Positions 55,645 through 62,840 of a stretch of 62,840 nucleotides of DNA are shown in pieces. The notes beneath the pieces are model-generated. The model ran no database searches. It was not told where the DNA came from and saw only the letters and a list, made by a program, of their open reading frames with translations. The DNA lies in assembly GCA_050952625.1 (NCBI GenBank), contig JBMNLH010000006.1, positions 1 through 62,840 on the forward strand, in the 5' to 3' direction. The translations under genes and the position numbers were made by a program. Source of the DNA: Bacillota bacterium (GTDB lineage: Bacteria > Bacillota > Ch66 > Ch109). Within the stretch, counting starts at the first letter, position 1; each line of letters starts with the position of its first letter.

Positions 55645-57246
55645 ATTAGAAAACTCAAGAAATACACCCCTACAAACTTCATAGCGACGGATTCAGTTTA
55701 TTGTAAGGATGCCGCCGACTACGCTGTTTCCTTTATTCAGGCTCTTAACCACACCAAAGGTACATGGGCAGGAAAACCCTTTGAACTTATAGACTGGCAG
55801 GAGCGGATTGTAAGAGATGTTTTTGGCATTTTAAAGCCTAACGGATATCGCCAGTTTAATACCGCTTATGTAGAAATCCCGAAAAAGATGGGTAAAAGTG
55901 AGCTGGCCGCTGCTATTGCTCTCCTTCTTACTTGTGGTGATGGAGAAGAACGAGCTGAAGTTTATGGCTGCGCCGCTGACCGCAACCAGGCATCTATTGT
56001 TTTTAACGTGGCTGCTGATATGGTGCGGATGTGCCCGGCTTTAGCAAAGCGTGTTAAAATCCTTGATTCCATGAAAAGGCTAATCTATAAGCCCACAGGA
56101 AGTGTTTATCAGGTGCTTTCCGCAGATATCAAAAACAAGCATGGCTTTAACACCCATGGCGTAGTCTTTGATGAGCTGCATACTCAGCCCAATAGAAAGC
56201 TATATGATGTTATGACCAAGGGCAGCGGAGATGCCAGAATGCAGCCTTTATATTTCCTAATAACCACCGCCGGGGATAATCAAAACAGCATCTGCTGGGA
56301 AGTACATCAGAAGGCAGTAGATATCCTTGACGGTAGAAAGAATGACCCTACCTTCTACCCTGTTATTTACGGAGCCGAATTGGAGGACGACTGGACAGAT
56401 CCCAAGGTATGGAAAAAGGCAAATCCCTCTCTGGGAATCACAGTCACAATGGATAAGGTTAAAGCAGCATTTGAATCAGCAAGGCAAAACCCAGCAGAAG
56501 AGAATAGCTTCCGGCAGCTTCGATTAAATCAATGGGTGAAACAATCAGTGCGCTGGATGCCGATGGATAAATGGGATGCATGCGCGTTTAAGGTTGATCC
56601 AGAAAAGCTAAAAGGGCGAGTTTGTTATGGCGGACTAGACCTTTCCTCTTCCACCGATATTACAGCTTTTGTACTGGTGTTTCCTCCGGTTGATGAAGAT
56701 GATAAATACAGCATTATGCCTTTTTTCTGGATTCCGGAAGAGAATATTGATTTACGTGTCCGGCGGGACCATGTTAATTATGACTTGTGGGAAAAGCAAG
56801 GTTTTCTTAAAACCACTGAAGGCAATGTTGTCCATTATGGTTTTATAGAATCTTTCATTGAGGAATTAGGCTTAGACTATAACATTCGTGAAATCGCCTT
56901 TGACCGTTGGGGTGCTGTGCAAATGACACAGAATCTTGAAGGCATGGGCTTTACTGTTGTTCCTTTTGGTCAGGGTTTTAAGGATATGAGTCCTCCGACA
57001 AAAGAATTGATGAAGCTTACTTTAGAAGAAAAGTTAGCCCATGGCGGGCATCCAGTACTTCGCTGGATGATGGATAATATTTTTATCCGCACCGACCCGG
57101 CAGGAAACATTAAACCGGATAAAGAAAAAAGCACCGAGCGAATTGACGGTGCAGTTGCAACAATCATGGCTCTTGATAGAGCAATACGCTGTGGCGGGGA
57201 GACAGGGTCTTCAGTTTACGATGATAGAGGGATTCTTTTTATATAA
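55645..57246 (+). CDS. terL: Terminase large subunit (533 aa), probable ATT start
   Basis: AGGAGG 8 nt before ATT; open frame RKLKKY...FELIDWQE...IPKKMGKSE; FDELH; GGLDLS; IDG.VA..MA. Confidence 0.92.
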   Translation: MRKLKKYTPTNFIATDSVYCKDAADYAVSFIQALNHTKGTWAGKPFELIDWQERIVRDVFGILKPNGYRQFNTAYVEIPKKMGKSELAAAIALLLTCGDGEERAEVYGCAADRNQASIVFNVAADMVRMCPALAKRVKILDSMKRLIYKPTGSVYQVLSADIKNKHGFNTHGVVFDELHTQPNRKLYDVMTKGSGDARMQPLYFLITTAGDNQNSICWEVHQKAVDILDGRKNDPTFYPVIYGAELEDDWTDPKVWKKANPSLGITVTMDKVKAAFESARQNPAEENSFRQLRLNQWVKQSVRWMPMDKWDACAFKVDPEKLKGRVCYGGLDLSSSTDITAFVLVFPPVDEDDKYSIMPFFWIPEENIDLRVRRDHVNYDLWEKQGFLKTTEGNVVHYGFIESFIEELGLDYNIREIAFDRWGAVQMTQNLEGMGFTVVPFGQGFKDMSPPTKELMKLTLEEKLAHGGHPVLRWMMDNIFIRTDPAGNIKPDKEKSTERIDGAVATIMALDRAIRCGGETGSSVYDDRGILFI

Positions 57247-57349
57247 TTATTTTGCTTCTATGGTATTGTTATAAGTAAGGATTGGCGGAAATAAAAGCAA
57301 TACTGTTTAGTTAGAGTTTAATACTGAGTTTAGGGGGGGGTTATGGTGA

Positions 57350-58096
57350 TTGCAAAAAAAAAAAGAAGATCATTTACTTGTAACAATCGGTAAAAAAAGA
57401 TTTGAAAATCCTGAGGAAAACTCTGTTCATTTAGTAGAAGATCAAGAAGCAAATAGCTTTTTAAATGACCTTGTTAATTTTCCTCACGCGTATGTTTTAG
57501 CTTGCTGTATGGATAGACAGGTTAAAGCTGAAATTGCCTGGATGATTCCTATAAGGCTTAGAAAAATTATTGGTGATTTTTCTATTGAAACTCTTGATAA
57601 TATATCCCTTGAGGAATACCTAACAATCTTTAACGAAAATACACTTCATCGTTTCAATGATATAATGGCCAAGGTATTTTATAGCGTAGTAAAACGGATT
57701 GTTAGAGATTATGACGGGGATGCATCAAAAATATGGGTAGGAAACCCAAGCAGCGCTGCTGTGGTTTATAGGTTTTTACAATTTGATGGAGTTGGAATAA
57801 AGATAGCTACTATGGCAACTAATATTCTAGCTAGACAATTTAAAGTTCCTTTTTCAGATTATTACTCTATAGATATTTCACCAGATGTACATATCCTTAG
57901 AGTGTTACGAAGAAGTGGACTTGTAGATAAAGATGCTAGTATTGATTCTATCATTTATAAAGCTAGAGAATTGTGTCCGGAGTTTCCTGGTATTATAGAT
58001 TTTTCATGCTGGGAAATTGGAAGAAAATGGTGCAGACCACGAAATCCTAATTGTGAAGAATGCATTATAGAAAAAGAATGTTTAAAAAACATTTAA
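57350..58096 (+). CDS. HhH-GPD / endonuclease III-like DNA glycosylase with a 4Fe-4S motif
   Basis: HhH FDGVGIKIA (Lys present), SPDVHI.RV (Asp present), C-X6-C-X2-C-X5-C at the C-terminus. Confidence 0.85.
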   Translation: MQKKKEDHLLVTIGKKRFENPEENSVHLVEDQEANSFLNDLVNFPHAYVLACCMDRQVKAEIAWMIPIRLRKIIGDFSIETLDNISLEEYLTIFNENTLHRFNDIMAKVFYSVVKRIVRDYDGDASKIWVGNPSSAAVVYRFLQFDGVGIKIATMATNILARQFKVPFSDYYSIDISPDVHILRVLRRSGLVDKDASIDSIIYKARELCPEFPGIIDFSCWEIGRKWCRPRNPNCEECIIEKECLKNI

Positions 58097-58115
58097 TAGT
58101 ATAAGGTGATGAATA

Positions 58116-58535
58116 TTGAGAGCTAAGAAGGTAAACATTGATTGGTCTTATCCAAGGACATATGAAAATGTTTTTTACTCCCCCAAAATATATGATATAG
58201 GGCTATATTGTTTGTCAAGGAAATACGGTAATAACGAAACACTATTATACATTGGGAAAACAAACAGCAGTTTCTATAATCGCTTAAGCTCTCATCAAGC
58301 GTGGTTTGAGCAATACAAAGGAAAACTCATTGTAAGATTAGGTATTATTGTGCAACCTAAAAAATATGATGATGAATTAATAACAGATGTGGAAAGTGCT
58401 CTGATATATGAAATGCAGCCATTTGAAAATACAGATAAAACCAATGGTTATTATTATCTTAATGAGTGTAAAATAGTGAATACCGGATATAGGGGTCTGT
58501 TACCTCCCGTTATATCCATGCGGGAGCACATCTAA
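58116..58535 (+). CDS. GIY-YIG family nuclease
   Basis: GLY...LYIGKT...RL..H...E..LI....P..N. Confidence 0.8.
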   Translation: MRAKKVNIDWSYPRTYENVFYSPKIYDIGLYCLSRKYGNNETLLYIGKTNSSFYNRLSSHQAWFEQYKGKLIVRLGIIVQPKKYDDELITDVESALIYEMQPFENTDKTNGYYYLNECKIVNTGYRGLLPPVISMREHI

Positions 58536-58551
58536 AATACTAATAATCCAG

Positions 58552-58577
58552 AAGCATCTCACCCGAGGTGCTTTTTT
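58552..58577 (+). terminator. Terminator after the two-gene insert
   Basis: AAGCATCTC-ACCC-GAGGTGCTT-TTTT. Confidence 0.75.
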
Positions 58578-58600
58578 CATGCTCATTTTTAAGGAGAGTG

Positions 58601-59854
58601 ATGCCAATGGGCCTACTTAAAAATCTATTTAAAGCAAGGGATAAACCAAAAAACAGGACACCGGGTAGCAGCTATAGCTTCTTCTTTGGGGGAACTACAA
58701 GCGGTAAACCGGTAAATGAGCACACGGCCATGCAGATGACAGCAGTGTATTCCTGCGTGAGGATACTGGCTGAAGCCGTAGCGGGGCTCCCCCTCCATCT
58801 ATATAAATACACAGCAAGCGGCGGTAAGGAGAAAGCCCTCTCCCACCCGCTGTATTTTTTACTTCACGATGAGCCAAACCCCGAGATGAGTTCCTTCGTA
58901 TTTCCGGGAGACACTAATGACTCATCTTTTGCTGTGGGGAAATGCCTATGCGCAGATTATTCGAAACGGTAAAGGTGAAGTCATTGCCCTTTATCCTTTG
59001 ATGCCAAACCGGATGAGAGTTGACCGGGATACCAAGGGGGAACTTTATTACTCCTACACCCGGTACTCAGATGAAGCACCAGCAATAAATGGCATGACAG
59101 TCACCCTAAGGCCCAGCGATGTGCTGCATATTCCAGGACTTGGCTTTGACGGTCTTGTGGGGTACTCTCCCATTGCTATGGCTAAAAACGCTATCGGGCT
59201 TGCCATGGCAACAGAAGAGTATGGAGCCAAGTTCTTTGCCAACGGCGCAGCCCCGGGCGGAGTCCTTGAACATCCCGGTACCATTAAAGATCCACAAAAG
59301 GTCAAAGAGAGCTGGAACATGGCCTATCAGGGAAGCAGTAACGCTCACCGGGTAGCCGTTTTAGAAGAAGGCATGAAGTACCAGCCAATAGGTATTTCAC
59401 CGGAACAAGCCCAGTTTTTAGAAACAAGGAAGTTTCAAATCAATGAGATAGCTCGAATTTTCCGGGTGCCTCCCACACATGGTCGGAGATCTTGAGAAAG
59501 TCGAGCTTCTCTAATATAGAGCAGCAGTCACTGGAGTTTGTAAAATACACCCTTGACCCTTGGGTAATCCGCTGGGAACAGGCTATCAGCCGCTCTCTTT
59601 TACGGACTGATGAAAAGAAGCTTCTCTTTGCCAAATTCAATGTGGATGGGCTGCTTCGAGGCGACTATACTAGCCGAATGAACGGGTATGCGATAGGAAT
59701 ACAGAATGGCTTTATGTGCCCTAATGATGCAAGAGCATTAGAAGATATGGACTTGATACCTGATGAGCTAGGTGGAAACAGATTCTTGTGCAATGGCAGC
59801 ATGGTGGATTTAGCTCGGGCTGGAGACTGGAGTAATAAGTATGGCGAGGGTTGA
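58601..59854 (+). pseudogene. HK97-family portal protein with three +1 homopolymer frameshifts
   Basis: Removing one base near 58902, 59473 and 59498 restores FVFRETLM and RVPPHMVGDLEKSSFSNIEQ. Confidence 0.85.
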
Positions 59855-59898
59855 TATGGTACGCAAAGGCCAATTTTTACAGAAATGGAGGGAACCGA

Positions 59899-60579
59899 AT
59901 GAAGAAATTCTGGAACTGGGTACGTGATGAAGATTCAGACTCACGAACTCTCTACCTAAACGGCGTGATAGCCGAGGAAAGCTGGTTTGAAGATGATGTG
60001 ACCCCGGCTGCCTTTAAGGAAGAATTGTTAAGCGGCGAAGGAGATATCATTGTCTGGATCAACTCCCCCGGTGGAGATTGTATTGCAGCAGCACAGATTT
60101 ACAATATGCTGATGGACTACAAAGGCAATGTCACAGTTAAGATTGACGGAATTGCCGCATCAGCAGCATCAGTAATTTCCATGGCGGGAACAAAAGTTCT
60201 AATGTCCCCCACTTCCCTGATGATGCTTCACAATCCTTTCACTATCGCCATTGGAGACAGTGAAGAAATGCAAAAAGCAATCGGTATGCTAAATGAAGTA
60301 AAAGAAAGCATCATCAATGCCTATGAGATTAAAACCGGCCTGTCGAGGACAAGGCTCTCACACCTGATGGATGCGGAAACCTGGCTAAATGCTAATAAAG
60401 CTATTGAACTTGGCTTTGCCGATGCCATTATGTTTAAGCCCGGCGAAAGCCCGCCGCAAGACAGTTTTGTATTTAGTCGAAGAGCGGTAGCAAATTCCCT
60501 TCTCGACAAGCTAAAAAAACCAATGCCCCAACAGTCCACCGAGCCGCTATATGAGCGGCTTAATTTATTAAAATATTAG
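59899..60579 (+). CDS. ClpP-like prohead protease
   Basis: INSPGG, GIAASAAS, MLHNP, ETWL.A..AIELGFAD. Confidence 0.92.
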   Translation: MKKFWNWVRDEDSDSRTLYLNGVIAEESWFEDDVTPAAFKEELLSGEGDIIVWINSPGGDCIAAAQIYNMLMDYKGNVTVKIDGIAASAASVISMAGTKVLMSPTSLMMLHNPFTIAIGDSEEMQKAIGMLNEVKESIINAYEIKTGLSRTRLSHLMDAETWLNANKAIELGFADAIMFKPGESPPQDSFVFSRRAVANSLLDKLKKPMPQQSTEPLYERLNLLKY

Positions 60580-60590
60580 GAGGTACCAAC

Positions 60591-61790
60591 ATGAGTAAAA
60601 TACTTGAATTACGTGAAAAACGGGCTAAAGCCTGGGAAGCAGCCAAAGCATTTTTAGATTCAAAACGAGGAAATGATGGTTTAGTATCCGCAGAAGACGC
60701 TGCAATCTACGACAAGATGGAAGCAGACATTGTTAATCTGGGCAAGGAAATAACCCGCCTTGAGCGGCAGGAGGCTTTAGAGGCTGAACTTAATAAGCCT
60801 GTCAACACGCCCCTTACCGGAAAGCCAGTAAATCCAGATATGGATGAAAAAACCGGTAGAGCCAGTGATGAATACAAAAAAGCCTTCTGGAATGTGATGC
60901 GTTCAAAGAACCCCAGACAGGATGTGCTAAACGCTTTATCCATAGGCGAAGAATCGGAAGGCGGATACCTTGTGCCGAATGAGTTTGAAAGGACCCTTAT
61001 TCAAACCCTGGAAGAAGAAAACATCTTCCGTAAGCTGGCTAAGATCATTCAAACTTCAAGTGGAGATCGTAAAATTCCCATTGTAGTCACCAAAGGAACC
61101 GCATCTTGGCTTGATGAAGGTGAAGATTATGACGAAGATGATGTGGTATTTGGTCAGGCTTCAATCGGAGCCTACAAGCTGGGTACTATGATTAAAGTTT
61201 CCGAAGAGCTCCTAAATGACAGTGTGTTTAACATTGAGGAATTCATCTCAACTGAGTTTGCCAGAAGAATCGGAGCCAAGGAAGAAGAAGCCTTTCTTGT
61301 AGGGGACGGTGAAGGAAAGCCTACAGGCATCTTTGCCGCAACCGGAGGTGCGCAAATAGGTGCTACTGCTGCCGCAAATAACGCTATTACTGCAGATGAG
61401 GTTATTGATTTAGTCTATTCGCTTAAGTCTCCCTACAGGAAAAATGCGGTATTCATCCTTAATGACGCCACCGTTAAAGTCTTAAGAAAACTAAAAGATG
61501 GTCAAGGGCAATATTTATGGCAGGCCTCATTAACTGCCGGGACTCCGGATACTCTTCTTAACCGGCCGGTTTATACCTCTGCTTATGCCCCTACTATTGC
61601 AGCCGGTGCCAAGACTATCGCCTTCGGTGATTTCAAGTATTACTGGATTGCTGACAGACAAGGCCGCAGCTTTAAACGCCTGAACGAGCTTTATGCAACT
61701 ACAGGTCAGGTTGGTTTTCTCGGCAGCCAAAGGGTGGATGGGAAACTGATTCTTCCTGAAGCAATCAAAGTCTTGCAGCAGAAGGCTTAA
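60591..61790 (+). CDS. HK97-family major capsid protein
   Basis: N-terminal coiled delta domain; GGYLVP; VSEELLNDS; FGDF; RVDG. Confidence 0.95.
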   Translation: MSKILELREKRAKAWEAAKAFLDSKRGNDGLVSAEDAAIYDKMEADIVNLGKEITRLERQEALEAELNKPVNTPLTGKPVNPDMDEKTGRASDEYKKAFWNVMRSKNPRQDVLNALSIGEESEGGYLVPNEFERTLIQTLEEENIFRKLAKIIQTSSGDRKIPIVVTKGTASWLDEGEDYDEDDVVFGQASIGAYKLGTMIKVSEELLNDSVFNIEEFISTEFARRIGAKEEEAFLVGDGEGKPTGIFAATGGAQIGATAAANNAITADEVIDLVYSLKSPYRKNAVFILNDATVKVLRKLKDGQGQYLWQASLTAGTPDTLLNRPVYTSAYAPTIAAGAKTIAFGDFKYYWIADRQGRSFKRLNELYATTGQVGFLGSQRVDGKLILPEAIKVLQQKA

Positions 61791-61801
61791 TGGGGGTGCT
61801 A

Positions 61802-62449
61802 ATGATGAGCTATAACACTAAAAACTATACCGAGCAAGGCGGCGAGAAAACTGTCATTGGCGGGATTTTGGAAGTTATAGAGGGCGGCTCTTTGGAGATT
61901 AAAGAAGGAGCATTTTTAAAAGGATTCCCTATAGCTTCAAACCAGGCCAACAGCACCGCCGCCAAGGTCAATGATCTAAAGGATAACTTCAATGACTTGC
62001 TGGCCAAGCTTAAGGATGCCGGTTTCATGGAATTTGACACCTGGAACGTATCCGTTGCGAAAGCACCGATAGCTACTGAAGGGCAGCCGATAACCGCGAA
62101 TCAAAGCCAGGTCAGTGATGTAACCATTGCCGATGGCATAATCAGTGTTACCGTTGATGTAGATGAGCTGGTGGAATTTGATAGCGCCAATCCCGCACAG
62201 GGCATCCATAAATGGATAGGGATTTTAATATCTACCGGACTTTCTGATATCACCAAAATCAAATACAACGGTTATCAGCTAACACAAGCTGATGTAACAG
62301 AGGCAGCCAGTGTAGGCGGCACAGACGGAGATATCATCATGTGGCTCAAATGTGATGAGATTATAGAAACGCCTAAGCTCTTTACGCTCTGGTCCTCCGG
62401 CTATGATGAAACCGAATTTATGGTGGAAATAGTGGCTCCAGAAGAATAA
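61802..62449 (+). CDS. Head fibre/decoration-type protein with an extra C-terminal domain
   Basis: YNTKNYTEQGG.KTVIGG and NQA.S.A...L...FN.LL.KLK.AG.M; directly after the capsid gene. Confidence 0.65.
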   Translation: MMSYNTKNYTEQGGEKTVIGGILEVIEGGSLEIKEGAFLKGFPIASNQANSTAAKVNDLKDNFNDLLAKLKDAGFMEFDTWNVSVAKAPIATEGQPITANQSQVSDVTIADGIISVTVDVDELVEFDSANPAQGIHKWIGILISTGLSDITKIKYNGYQLTQADVTEAASVGGTDGDIIMWLKCDEIIETPKLFTLWSSGYDETEFMVEIVAPEE

Positions 62450-62456
62450 AGAAAGG

Positions 62457-62778
62457 ATGGTGGCGGAGATGACACTATTTGAAAAAGTTAAAGCGAATCT
62501 GATCTTAGAGCATGATAAGGATGATGAACTTCTCAGTAGCTATATCGCCGCCGCTATATCCTATGCTGAAAGTTACCAGCATTTATCGGAAGGTTATTAT
62601 TCCAATAACGAAATGCCCCTTACTACCGAGCAGGCAGTAATTATGCTTGCCTCCTATTTTTATGAAAGTAGGGACGGTGGCACCGGGGGTTTCTTTGCCG
62701 ATAGCGCATTAGCTGGACGACAAGCACAGGATACGATTAATTCCCTTCTGCGACTTGACCCGGGATTGGAAGGTGTAG
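62457..62778 (+). CDS. Head-tail connector (gp6-like); +1 C near 62760 alters the C-terminus
   Basis: KVKANLILEH..DD.L...I.AA.SYAE.YQ; A.IMLAS.FYESR; the corrected frame ends LDRDWKV-TAG at 62778. Confidence 0.8.
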
Positions 62779-62782
62779 CCTC

Positions 62783-62840
62783 ATGAGCATTGGAAAAATG
62801 AACACCTTTATTGACCTGATAACAACGGAAGTAACAAAAG
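62783..62840 (+). CDS. Head-closure/head-tail adaptor, truncated by the window end
   Basis: MSIGKMNTFIDL...; AAGGTG RBS; follows the connector gene. Confidence 0.6.
   Translation, partial: MSIGKMNTFIDLITTEVTK

Larger units (their letters stand above)
27650..62840. mobile_element. Prophage (HK97-like head, PolA/VirE replication) with defence cargo; continues past the window end; left boundary approximate
   Basis: Contiguous regulation, replication, packaging and head modules after tRNA-Ala; integrase not in the window. Confidence 0.9.

Overview
Firmicute (Clostridia, probably Peptococcaceae-like; spore former) chromosome window in three parts. (1) 1-22188: one + strand flagellar/chemotaxis operon, from a 5'-truncated fliK carrying a 576-bp tandem repeat to fliY. 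(2) 22226-27536: housekeeping and sporulation genes ending in tRNA-Ala(GGC). (3) ~27650 to the window end: left and middle part of an HK97-like prophage with no integrase in view. It has a 12-kb leftward operon (small Xre, an ABC three-component/Lamassu-like trio, type III R-M-like Mod/Res, Gabija-like OLD nuclease + UvrD), a divergent control region, a PolA/VirE replication module with an iteron origin, packaging genes (TerL apparently starting at AUU), an AT-rich DNA glycosylase + GIY-YIG insert between terL and portal, and head genes. Best candidate for an undescribed system: the Lamassu-like 'effector' sits where a CI repressor would be and appears to carry an Xre-like HTH plus a degenerate HNH. 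It faces four 11-bp-phased direct repeats, a switchable leader RNA and a sigma-region-4 activator whose apparent target motif occurs twice. This suggests an SMC-type DNA sensor wired to prophage gene expression rather than to cell killing. All family assignments are by eye from motifs; no database searches were run.
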